Source of the DNA: a virus
Lineage: Duplodnaviria; Caudoviricetes
Strand: one strand, 5' to 3'
IMG/VR virus record: IMGVR_UViG_3300037418_001409
Coordinates: 5,079-69,078 of that record
Length of the DNA: 64,000 nucleotides
Shown: piece after piece, positions 1 through 8,519 of the stretch
Numbering within the stretch: the stretch's first letter is position 1
Layout: every line of letters starts with the position of its first letter
Translations under genes and position numbers: made by a program
Notes under the pieces: generated by a model
Database searches by the model: none
Told to the model about the DNA's origin: nothing
The model's input: the letters and a program-made list of their open reading frames with translations, nothing else

Positions 1-82
1 GCCATTTCTACAAGCACATCAAGCCGCTCTCAGACAAGTATCCATATGTCCGAATCGAACCGGCGCATCAGACGGAGCAAGC

Positions 83-952
83 ATGAGTACCGCGACTATG
101 ACGGACGTCACGGATGTTGATGTCGCCGAACCGCTAGCAGCAAATCCCCCAGCAATCCGGCAGCAATCGGCTGTTACCCAACAGCAGGCAAGTGCATCCC
201 TTACGACGCCGGTTGACTTGCTGCGCTTCGCCATTCAGAGCGGCGCAGATCTGGACCGTCTCGAGCGTTTGATGAAGATGCAGCAGGAATGGGAGGCCAA
301 CGAAGCGAAGAAGTCGTTTAGGCGCGCAATGGCTGCATTCAAGGCGGAATGCCCGCCGATTTTCAAGCGCAAAGAGGTTGGATACAACACTCGCGATGGA
401 GATTTTGTCGGTTATAAACACGCCGAGCTTTCGGACGTTACCGATGTTGTCGGGCCTTGCATGGCCCGCCACGGGCTGACATATGACTGGGACATCCGCC
501 AGGAACCCGGAAAGATCGTCGTTGACTGCATCGTGACTCACATTGACGGCCATTCTAAGAAGGTCAGCATGGAGGGTCCGCCCGATGCGAGCGGCAAGAA
601 AAACATCATGCAACAGGCCGGTAGCACCGTAACGTATTTGGAGCGGTACAGCTTGCTCGCGTGCCTTGGAATGTCCACCAAGAACGAGGACAACGATGGT
701 GCTGGGGGCGCTGATGATCAACCAGGTGATCAAGGGGTCTCGCCGACAAATGCGCGCGCTACCAACAAGCCTGCTGAGCCGCATTTTTACGACCAGAAGA
801 AATTCGACGCTAACAAAGATACATGGCGCGAAATGGTGAAGTCCGGTCGCAAGACGACGGCGGGAATGATTCAGTTCATCGAATCCAAAGGGGCACGCCT
901 CACGGTTGATCAACAGAACACCATAGATAGTTGGGGCCACGAAAATGACTGA
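83..952 (+). CDS. ERF-family single-strand annealing recombinase
   Basis: ERF-like motifs YKHAELSDV, VDCIVTHIDGHS and QQAGSTVTYLERYSLLACLG. It lies directly upstream of the YqaJ exonuclease. Confidence 0.8.
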   Translation: MSTATMTDVTDVDVAEPLAANPPAIRQQSAVTQQQASASLTTPVDLLRFAIQSGADLDRLERLMKMQQEWEANEAKKSFRRAMAAFKAECPPIFKRKEVGYNTRDGDFVGYKHAELSDVTDVVGPCMARHGLTYDWDIRQEPGKIVVDCIVTHIDGHSKKVSMEGPPDASGKKNIMQQAGSTVTYLERYSLLACLGMSTKNEDNDGAGGADDQPGDQGVSPTNARATNKPAEPHFYDQKKFDANKDTWREMVKSGRKTTAGMIQFIESKGARLTVDQQNTIDSWGHEND

Positions 953-2564
953 ACGCGTCACGCACGACCTTTTACAGGGCTCAGACGAGTGGGCTCAATT
1001 CCGCCTCACACACTATGGGGCCAGCGAGGCGGCTGCAATGTTGGGAATCTCGAAGAAGGTCAAGCGCAACGAGTTGCTGCGCATGAAGCACACCGGCACG
1101 GCGAAGGAATTCAGCGATTGGGTGCAAGAAAATATCCTTGATGAAGGCCATCGTCTCGAAGCAAGCGCCCGACCCTACATCGAAATGCAGCTCGGCGAGG
1201 ATTTGTATCCCGTCACCATGTCTATCGGCCATATCTCGGCATCTTGTGACGGGTTGACGATGGACGAGCGCACGGCGTGGGAGCACAAGCAGTTCAATCA
1301 GGAACTGTTCGACTCGCTGACCGCTGGCGTGCTGCCCGAGGAACACATACCTCAGGCTCAACAGGTGCTGATGGTAACGGGCGCGGACCGTCTGATCTTT
1401 ACGTGCTCAGATGGAACAGACGAAAACATGGTCAGCCTCGAAATCAAGCCGAATCAGGTTTGGTTTGACAGCCTCATGGATGGCTGGGACCAATTCCGCA
1501 AGGATCTTGCCGAGTATGTACCGCAGGAAATTTCCGAAAAGCCCGTTGCGTCGCCGCAAGAGAGTCTTCCGGTGCCGTTCGCGCAAGTGAGTGGAAGTAT
1601 TGCGGTCAAGTCAAATCTAGACCTGTTCGGCGCTGCATTGAAGGCTTTCATTGATCGGATTCCGGAGAAGCCGGAGACTGACCAGGACTTCGCCGACACA
1701 GATGCAGCCTGCAAGAAGCTCAAGGATGCAGAGGACTGCCTGACAGCAGCCGAGGACACTGCTTTGGCTAGCATCTCCGATGTCGAGACGATGCGCCGTA
1801 TGGTCTCTGACCTCCGTGAACAGGCGCGGCAGACGCGCCTTGCCAAGGAAAAGCTTGTTGAAGCGCGCAAGAAGCAGATCAAGGAAGCCGCGGTCGCCGA
1901 ACGCCGCCAGAAGTACGCCGAGCATGTCGAAGCGATCAACAATGCACTGGGCGATGTCAGTATCGCTGTGGTGACCCCCGACTTCGCGGGTGCGATCAAG
2001 AGCTTGAAAACGATCGCCAGCCTTCACAACGCGCTCGATACGGCATTGGCGAATGCGAAGATCGCGGCCGACGCTGCGGCCCGGGATTTGCGCGCAAAGC
2101 TGGATTGGTACGAGGCTGTCAAGGTGGGATATTCGTTCCTATTCCGCGACCTGCAGCAAATCATCCAGAAGCCGATGGATGACTTCCAACTGATCGTGAA
2201 CACGCGCGTCGCCGAGCACAAGCAGGCGGAAGCGGAAAAGATTGCGCAAGTGGCAGTGCAAGCGGCTCAGGAATCATCGAAGCCGGTCGATCCACTCGAT
2301 CCGCCGCAGCGTGCGCCGAATATCCCACAGATCGCGCGCCCAGCGCAACGCGTCGCCCCGACGAGCGCCCCGACGCTTCGCTTGGGCCAGATCAACGAAC
2401 GGCTCGCGCCGATCACCCTGACTGCAGATGGACTCGCGGCGCTGGGATTCCCGCACGCTGGCACCGACAAAAACGCGAAGCTCTATCACGAAGATTCGCT
2501 CCCGTTGATCTGCGAGGCGTTGATCGCTCATATTCAAGCGGCATTGCAAAAACAAGCCGCCTAA
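945..2564 (+). CDS. YqaJ/lambda-exonuclease-family recombinase with a long C-terminal coiled coil
   Basis: LLQGSDEWAQFR..GASEAAAMLG, ASCDG and WEHK motifs, plus QAQQVLMV. Confidence 0.85.
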   Translation: MTERVTHDLLQGSDEWAQFRLTHYGASEAAAMLGISKKVKRNELLRMKHTGTAKEFSDWVQENILDEGHRLEASARPYIEMQLGEDLYPVTMSIGHISASCDGLTMDERTAWEHKQFNQELFDSLTAGVLPEEHIPQAQQVLMVTGADRLIFTCSDGTDENMVSLEIKPNQVWFDSLMDGWDQFRKDLAEYVPQEISEKPVASPQESLPVPFAQVSGSIAVKSNLDLFGAALKAFIDRIPEKPETDQDFADTDAACKKLKDAEDCLTAAEDTALASISDVETMRRMVSDLREQARQTRLAKEKLVEARKKQIKEAAVAERRQKYAEHVEAINNALGDVSIAVVTPDFAGAIKSLKTIASLHNALDTALANAKIAADAAARDLRAKLDWYEAVKVGYSFLFRDLQQIIQKPMDDFQLIVNTRVAEHKQAEAEKIAQVAVQAAQESSKPVDPLDPPQRAPNIPQIARPAQRVAPTSAPTLRLGQINERLAPITLTADGLAALGFPHAGTDKNAKLYHEDSLPLICEALIAHIQAALQKQAA

Positions 2565-2579
2565 ACCGAACGGGCAAAG

Positions 2580-2633
2580 CCGCCGATGCGATGAAGCGCA
2601 GCTCCCCTCTGCGTACGGATCTCGCATCGGCGG
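2580..2633 (+). other. Intergenic long hairpin (12-bp perfect outer stem)
   Basis: CCGCCGATGCGA (2580-2591) pairs with TCGCATCGGCGG (2622-2633); there is an inner CGCAG/CTGCG stem. Confidence 0.55.
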
Positions 2634-2647
2634 TAGAGCCCCTACAC

Positions 2648-3053
2648 ATGGACAAGATCAAGAAATGCCCGCTACTGCCTGCAACCGGCGAAGCTCGCTC
2701 GTTTTGGTGATGTTGGCTATTCCTACCAGCGCGATTACGGCCCGATGTACGTGTGCATACCCTGCGCCGCCCACGTCGGTTGTCACCAAGGCACGACAAA
2801 GCCCCTTGGCGGCCTAGCCAATGCCGAATTACGTGAGTGGAAGATGAAGGCGCACGCCGCATTCGATCCACTCTGGCAGGCAAAGATTCGCCGCGATGGG
2901 TGCTCGAAAGGTCAAGCGCGACGAGCAGGATACAGGTGGCTATCCGAACAACTCGGAATCCCGTTCAAGCTCACCCATATCGGATATATGAGCGTCGAGG
3001 AATGCCAGCGGGTTGTCGAGGTTTGCGAGGCAGTTAGGAAACTAAACAATTGA
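2648..3053 (+). pseudogene. DUF3268-like zinc-finger protein with an apparent +1 frameshift near the 5' end
   Basis: ATG 2648 reads MDKIKKC. Removing one C near 2668-2672 gives C-P/R-Y-C and joins the 2745-3053 frame (YVCIPCAAHVGCH..PLGGLA). Confidence 0.6.
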
Positions 3054-3062
3054 GGAAAACAT

Positions 3063-3644
3063 ATGTTTCAGGAATTCCCGAAGATGGCGCGTTATTCGCG
3101 CGAAGTGATCGTCACCGAGAAGATCGATGGCACCAATGCGGCTGTCGTGATTGAGCCAGCAAATCCTGGTTCTGGCGCTATCGCTACAGTCGGCGGCTTC
3201 GATATGTTCGCGCAGTCTCGCACGCGATTCATCACACCGGCAGACGACAACGCCGGATTTGCACGATGGGCTGTCGAACACGCAGAGGAATTGATGCGTC
3301 TCGGCACTGGCCGTCACTTCGGCGAATGGTTCGGCTCTGGCATACAGCGCAATTACGGCCTGGAGGAAAAACGGTTTGCCCTATTCAATGTTTCGCGCTG
3401 GGATGCCCCCGAGGCACGGCCCGCGTGCTGCCATGTTGTCCCGACACTCTGGCGCGGCAATTTCTCGGACCTAGACGTCGATTTCATACTGCACGGCTTA
3501 GAAACGCTAGGCAGTCATTCTGTGCCCGGATTCATGAGGCCCGAAGGAATTGTCATCTTTCACGTCGCGGCTGGCATCGGATTCAAAAAGACGATCGAGA
3601 AGGATGAGGTGCCGAAGTCCATTGCTGAGCATCAAGCAGCATAA
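3063..3644 (+). CDS. RNA ligase (Rnl2-like nucleotidyltransferase domain)
   Basis: Motif I EKIDGTN, plus FGEW, FALFNV, EGIVIF and the terminal KK motif. Confidence 0.8.
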   Translation: MFQEFPKMARYSREVIVTEKIDGTNAAVVIEPANPGSGAIATVGGFDMFAQSRTRFITPADDNAGFARWAVEHAEELMRLGTGRHFGEWFGSGIQRNYGLEEKRFALFNVSRWDAPEARPACCHVVPTLWRGNFSDLDVDFILHGLETLGSHSVPGFMRPEGIVIFHVAAGIGFKKTIEKDEVPKSIAEHQAA

Positions 3645-3713
3645 CCTCCCGCGCCTCTATGCGCGGTTCTTGGGCTGGCCAGTACGTGCGGCCTTTTTCT
3701 TATAGGAAAAATC

Positions 3714-4079
3714 ATGCAACAAGTTCAGATTCCTCCGCTCGCTGAAGGCGAGACCTATCTCTGTGGTTTCGTCACCGCAAATGGCGACGTCTCGCACACG
3801 ATCCTACTTCCTGGCGACAACGACGATGCGACGTGGCAAGAGCAGATGGAATGGGCCAAGAGCATCGGCGGAGATATTCTCACTCGCGCCGAGCTCGTCA
3901 TTGCCTATGAGAAGCATCGCGAGCAGTTCCAAGCCGATGCCTATTGGTCGAACACACCGGACACCGATCCTGGCTATGACGGCTGGGCTTGGTTTCAGAC
4001 CTTCTACCGCGGCGGCCAGGACGGCAGCCTACAGAGCTACAGGTTGCGCGCCCGGGCCGTCCGCAGATTGACCATTTAA
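3714..4079 (+). CDS. DGR target protein 1, DUF1566/Lcl-like C-type lectin fold, 121 aa
   Basis: YWS...GWAWFQTF..G.Q.......RARAVRR C-terminus; contains VR1. Confidence 0.88.
   Translation: MQQVQIPPLAEGETYLCGFVTANGDVSHTILLPGDNDDATWQEQMEWAKSIGGDILTRAELVIAYEKHREQFQADAYWSNTPDTDPGYDGWAWFQTFYRGGQDGSLQSYRLRARAVRRLTI
3979..4068 (+). repeat. DGR variable repeat VR1
   Basis: 90 nt aligned without gaps to TR 5104-5193; 14 mismatches, all at TR adenines. Confidence 0.97.
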
Positions 4080-4109
4080 CCATTCATCCATTTTCAAACG
4101 AGGATTGCA

Positions 4110-4571
4110 ATGCCGATCACGCTTGAGCATATCGAAGCAGAGCATTCGCGCATCGGTGCTTTGATCGAAGAATTCAAGAAACAGCCGAAGTCGACCGAGT
4201 ACCGAATCGACGCAGCAACGATTCCCCTCGCGGCTGGCGAGCGCTTCGCAGGGCCCGTTCTCAACGACGACGGTACGCTGAGCCACTACCTCATTTTGCT
4301 GCCGGGCACCGCCGCCGATCTCGACTGGAATGAGGCGAAGGCGTGGGCATCCGAGCACGGTGGAGAACTTCCGACACGGCGAGGGCAATCGCTCCTGTTT
4401 GCCAATCTCAAAGGCGAATTCGAGTCGGCCTATTACTGGTCGGGAGAGGAACACTCGTCGGCCGGCTGGGCTTGGTCTCAGTACTTCAGCGACGGCACCC
4501 AGCTCTACCACCCTCAGAGCAGCAGGTTGCGCGCCCGGGCCGTCCGCAGATTTATCCCTTCAGTAATTTGA
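4110..4571 (+). CDS. DGR target protein 2, DUF1566/Lcl-like fold with an N-terminal helix, 153 aa
   Basis: Paralog of target 1 (ILLPG, W..A..WA...GG.L.TR, YWS, WAW, RARAVRR); contains VR2. Confidence 0.88.
   Translation: MPITLEHIEAEHSRIGALIEEFKKQPKSTEYRIDAATIPLAAGERFAGPVLNDDGTLSHYLILLPGTAADLDWNEAKAWASEHGGELPTRRGQSLLFANLKGEFESAYYWSGEEHSSAGWAWSQYFSDGTQLYHPQSSRLRARAVRRFIPSVI
4462..4551 (+). repeat. DGR variable repeat VR2
   Basis: 90 nt aligned without gaps to TR; 14 mismatches, all at TR adenines, and a different variant from VR1. Confidence 0.97.
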
Positions 4572-4586
4572 CCATTTAAAACCATC

Positions 4587-4961
4587 GTGGCCTTGCATAC
4601 CCAACTCCCGATATATCGAGCGGCCTACGCTCTGCTCGATGTCGTAACCGATCTCGTGAAGAATATGCCACGCGATCTGAAGCGCACGATTGGCGAGAAG
4701 ATCAGCACCGAGTGCATCGAGATTATGGTGCTGGTGTTTCGCGCGAACGTAGCCTCGGACAAGTCGCCGTATCTGGGCGACTTGCTCGAGCGGCAGCAGG
4801 TGATCGACCTGCTTCTGCGTTTGAGCATGGACAAGCATCTGATCTCGCCGAAGGGATACGCCAAGGCGGTCGAGATCACGACGAGCATTGGGAAGCAGGC
4901 CAACGGATGGAAGAATGCCGCATATCGCCCGCATCGTGGAGGTCAAGGCCGCCATGACTGA
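4587..4961 (+). CDS. avd: DGR accessory variability determinant (four-helix bundle)
   Basis: GTG start; LPIYRAAY..L, MPRDLKRTIGEKI, LLRLSMDKHLIS and IGKQANGW. It lies between the targets and TR. Confidence 0.88.
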   Translation: MALHTQLPIYRAAYALLDVVTDLVKNMPRDLKRTIGEKISTECIEIMVLVFRANVASDKSPYLGDLLERQQVIDLLLRLSMDKHLISPKGYAKAVEITTSIGKQANGWKNAAYRPHRGGQGRHD

Positions 4962-6312
4962 GCGATCATTCAATCTGGTCGTGCCGCTGGCTCAAAAGGC
5001 CACCGCCATGCGCAATGAGGAAACCGACCGCCGGCGCGCGGATAGGTCCAGCGCAGTTTCTCGGCTGAGTGATCGGTCGAGCGACGTAGATAGCACGATA
5101 CATACGGCTGGGCTTGGTATCAGAACTTCAACAACGGCAACCAGAACAACAACCAACAGAACAACAGGTTGCGCGCCCGGGCCGTCCGCAGATCGAGGGC
5201 CATTTTCGTTCGTCGATCTGGTCGAAGCGTATCTCGACTGTCGGCGCACGAAACGAAACAGCAATGCGGCGCTTTCGTTCGAGATCGATCTCGAGCGCAA
5301 TCTGCGCCGCCTGCACGACGAGTTGTCCGATGGCAGTTACCGCCCCGGCCGCTCGCTGTGCTTCGTTATCACGCGACCGAAGCCGCGGGAAGTATGGGCG
5401 GCCGAGTTTCGCGATCGAGTCGTGCATCACCTGCTTTACAACCACATCGGCCCGCGTTTCGAGCGGTCGTTCATCGTCGACTCCTGCGCCTGCATCAAGG
5501 GGCGTGGGACGTTGTACGCGGCCGTGCGCCTCGAGGCAAAGATCCGCTCCATCACGCAGAACTGGACGCGGCCGGCGTACTACCTGAAGTGCGATCTCGC
5601 GAACTTCTTCGTAAGCATCGACAAGCGCATCCTGCGCGAGTTGTTGTTCGCGAAGATCTCGGAGCCGTTTTGGCGCGAGCTGACCGATCTCGTGCTGATG
5701 CACGATCCGCGAACCGACTTCGAATACCGCGGCGATCCGGCGATGATGCAACTCGTTCCTCAGCACAAGCGATTGCTTGAGCAAGAGGCGCATCTCGGGT
5801 TGCCAATTGGCAACCTGTCGAGCCAGTTCTTCGCGAACGTCTACCTCGACGTATTGGACCGGCGTGCAAAGCATGTTCTCGGCGCGCGCCACTACATCCG
5901 GTATGTCGACGACTTTCTGTTCTTGCATGAATCGTCGGCGAGGCTGAACGAAATACTGGCTGACGTAACCCACTTCCTGCCAGAACGGCTCGACGTCCAG
6001 ATCAATCCACGGAAGACGATCCTTCAGCCGATCGACCGCGGCGTCGATTTCGTTGGCCACGTCATCAAGCCGTGGTGTCGGTCGACGCGCCGACGCACCG
6101 TCAACGAGGCGCTTCGCCGAGTCGCGGCGGCCCCAACGGCCGACGTTCATGTAATGGCGAACAGCTACTTCGGATTGCTGCGCCAAGCGCCCGCAAGTCA
6201 TCACGATCGCGCGCGCCTCGCCAACATCGCGCGTGACCGCGGGCACGTCGTTGACCACGGATTCAAGAAGACGTATCGGCGCTCGGCGTATTCGCTAACG
6301 AAAGGGGTATGA
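4954..6312 (+). CDS. DGR reverse transcriptase (452 aa from ATG 4954)
   Basis: GLPIGNLSSQFFAN (DGR-type SQ), YIRYVDDF, INPRKT and GVDFVGH motifs. GGAGGT RBS at 4938-4943; the ATG overlaps the avd stop. Confidence 0.95.
   Translation: MTERSFNLVVPLAQKATAMRNEETDRRRADRSSAVSRLSDRSSDVDSTIHTAGLGIRTSTTATRTTTNRTTGCAPGPSADRGPFSFVDLVEAYLDCRRTKRNSNAALSFEIDLERNLRRLHDELSDGSYRPGRSLCFVITRPKPREVWAAEFRDRVVHHLLYNHIGPRFERSFIVDSCACIKGRGTLYAAVRLEAKIRSITQNWTRPAYYLKCDLANFFVSIDKRILRELLFAKISEPFWRELTDLVLMHDPRTDFEYRGDPAMMQLVPQHKRLLEQEAHLGLPIGNLSSQFFANVYLDVLDRRAKHVLGARHYIRYVDDFLFLHESSARLNEILADVTHFLPERLDVQINPRKTILQPIDRGVDFVGHVIKPWCRSTRRRTVNEALRRVAAAPTADVHVMANSYFGLLRQAPASHHDRARLANIARDRGHVVDHGFKKTYRRSAYSLTKGV
5104..5193 (+). 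repeat. DGR template repeat TR
   Basis: AAC-rich (9 AAC codons in the VR frame, 28 A in total); ends in the 14-nt G/C run GCGCGCCCGGGCCG shared with both VRs. Confidence 0.97.
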
Positions 6313-6313
6313 C

Positions 6314-7564
6314 ATGAAAGACATTTTGAACCGCATCGCGGATTCGAGCCCGAATGAAAGCTCACATGAGTTGCTCTGCCGCCTTCACGATTGTGCGCAT
6401 GAGATTGAGTCGCTGCGCCGTGCGGGAGGAACTGCCGATGGCACGCACGGTACCGCGACGTTCCAAGCACGCGTGCAGCCATGGATGCTGGAATGTTTCG
6501 GCGTAGAGATCGCAGCCGACCGCGTGGAGCGCAATCACCGCTTTTTCGAGGAGGCGGCCGAACTCGTCCAGTCCTGCGGGATGACGGCCAGCGAAGCGCA
6601 CCAGCTCGTCGATTACACCTGGTCGAGGCCGGTGGGCGAGCCGAACCAGGAGGTCGGTGGCGTCATGGTGACGCTCGCAGCGCTTTGCCTCGCGAACGGG
6701 CTCGACATGCACGCGGCCGGCGAAACCGAGCTCGCGCGTATCAATCGGCCCGACATGGTCATCCGGATCCGGGCTAAGCAAGCGTCTAAACCGAAGCACT
6801 CGCCGCTTCCTGTCGACACTTTTCAATGGCCTCAGCAACTGGCCGTCGAGGCGGGTGCGCGGGACGAGCACGAATTGCCGCAAAGTGTTCTCGACGCCCT
6901 ACGATTCTATGCGCATGGCCACCACTACAACATCGATTCGGATCATCAGCAATTCGATACGGTAAGCGGAGAGCCTCAGAACTGGCTGTTCAGCGAGCGT
7001 GACGACGATTGCACCATGATCGAAGATGGCAGCATTGCAAGGGCCGCGCTCTGCGGTGGGGGGCAGGGATTCGAGGAGCCAACGACACCGGTAGAAGGCG
7101 AAATATTCCGAGCCGCACTCGCCCGCGCATCCGAGGCGGCGGCAGGGGAGCCGATATATCAAGCTCGCCAGCACTCGGATGAAGAACAAAGGTGGGATGA
7201 CGTGCAAGAGGCGACGTATTTGGCCTGCGTTGCCGAACCCAGGTTTTACGAAACGCGCATCGTCTACGCCGCCCCGCAACCCGCCATCCCTATGCAAAAA
7301 CTGGCCGACAGTCAGCGTCCGCTCGATCCAGAATTCTCGCGCGTCTTGAACGAGAATCTGGCCGACCTGTATGCCACTGACGGCGACGCGCAACCCGCCA
7401 GCGAGCAGCAAGCGGCGCGCGGGCTGAGCGATGGCGAAATTCTCAAGCTACTCAATCAATTCGCGATGGTGAATCGCGATGGGTATTGGAAATTTGGCGA
7501 AAAACGCGCCGTGATGTTCGCCCGCGCCATCCTGGCCGCCGCCAAAGGAGACGGTCATGAGTGA
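6314..7564 (+). CDS. Mosaic accessory protein with a MazG/NTP-pyrophosphohydrolase-like domain
   Basis: ERNHRFFEEAAELVQ...QEVGGVMVTLAAL resembles the EExxE / ExxDV helices of the all-alpha NTP-PPase fold. Confidence 0.45.
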   Translation: MKDILNRIADSSPNESSHELLCRLHDCAHEIESLRRAGGTADGTHGTATFQARVQPWMLECFGVEIAADRVERNHRFFEEAAELVQSCGMTASEAHQLVDYTWSRPVGEPNQEVGGVMVTLAALCLANGLDMHAAGETELARINRPDMVIRIRAKQASKPKHSPLPVDTFQWPQQLAVEAGARDEHELPQSVLDALRFYAHGHHYNIDSDHQQFDTVSGEPQNWLFSERDDDCTMIEDGSIARAALCGGGQGFEEPTTPVEGEIFRAALARASEAAAGEPIYQARQHSDEEQRWDDVQEATYLACVAEPRFYETRIVYAAPQPAIPMQKLADSQRPLDPEFSRVLNENLADLYATDGDAQPASEQQAARGLSDGEILKLLNQFAMVNRDGYWKFGEKRAVMFARAILAAAKGDGHE

Positions 7565-8444
7565 CTATCTCAAAGCGATCCAAGGCGTCATTGACGATCT
7601 TGAGAGCGGAAATCTAGCGGGCATTGAAGATGCGATTGCCTACTTCCGCAGAAGGCTCGCCACCATCGCAGCCGTAGAGAACCGCCGAGCAGCCAGCGCT
7701 GCGCCTGCTGAGGGGCTGGATGTTCACGCTGAACTGATGGCAAAGATCGAGGAATACGGCCGCGTGCGCGATAACATCGGGCGCTCGCGCCAGGCGAACA
7801 ATTACGCCGCCAACGAAAGCGCAGTAAAGCGCTCCGTCGATTTGAAGTTCGAGATTGACGAGATGCTTCGATCCGCCCTCGCCACTGCCCCGACGGAGCC
7901 TGGTGAGGAGCCTATTCCGATGCTGCTGTTTTGTCCGAAGTGCGGTACGCAGCACATTGACGCGCCGGAAGTCGCATTCGGTGATGCAGACGATAGCGAT
8001 AGCCACGTAGCGTGGGAGAACCCGCCGCATCGCTCGCACCTGTGCCATGCCTGCGGAACGATTTGGCGACCTGCCGATGTAGCGACGACTGGGGTTGCTG
8101 CAATCGCGACTCGTGGGAAAGCAGATACGTGGGATGGCACCGCCACTGCCCCGACGATGAGCGAGGCGGCTCCTCTCGACGGTGCAGCTCGGTTTGAGCC
8201 GGACATGGTTTGGCCGAAGCACGACACCGAGCAGTTCTATCACTCACTGGACGATGCGGTAGACGGAGCGCTTCACGAGGACGGACTTGCGCCGGGCCAA
8301 GTCCTCACGTTCGAATGTGCTGCTCGACTTCCCGATGTTCGCGTCAAGATCATTGCCGTCGAAAATACGGACGAGCGCCAGTCAGTTGAGTGGGATGTCG
8401 AGCGCATCGACCGCGCCGCTGCGAAAGGGGAAAGCGATGAGTGA
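7557..8444 (+). CDS. Mosaic hypothetical protein with an internal zinc-binding module
   Basis: FCPKC...HLCHAC; start and stop overlap the neighbouring genes. Confidence 0.65.
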   Translation: MSDYLKAIQGVIDDLESGNLAGIEDAIAYFRRRLATIAAVENRRAASAAPAEGLDVHAELMAKIEEYGRVRDNIGRSRQANNYAANESAVKRSVDLKFEIDEMLRSALATAPTEPGEEPIPMLLFCPKCGTQHIDAPEVAFGDADDSDSHVAWENPPHRSHLCHACGTIWRPADVATTGVAAIATRGKADTWDGTATAPTMSEAAPLDGAARFEPDMVWPKHDTEQFYHSLDDAVDGALHEDGLAPGQVLTFECAARLPDVRVKIIAVENTDERQSVEWDVERIDRAAAKGESDE

Positions 8445-8519
8445 TTTTCAGAAAATGATGCAGCGCATGCATCAAAAGGCATACGACTTCGCTGCGATGG
8501 TCGCAAGGAGGCAGACCAA

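Larger units (their letters stand above)
3714..6312 (+). mobile_element. Diversity-generating retroelement: target1(VR1) - target2(VR2) - avd - TR/RT
   Basis: One TR and two VRs differ only at TR adenines; Avd-like and DGR-type RT genes are adjacent. Confidence 0.97.

Noticed and set aside
4888-4953. RT start at 4888 as given by the ORF track
   Set aside because: It lies deep inside avd with no clear RBS. ATG 4954 has GGAGGT and translational coupling.
5104-5193. Possible CRISPR array, microsatellite or retron msr/msd near the RT
   Set aside because: The three copies are dispersed, differ only at adenines and sit next to avd. This is a DGR, with no spacers and no msr/msd inverted repeats.
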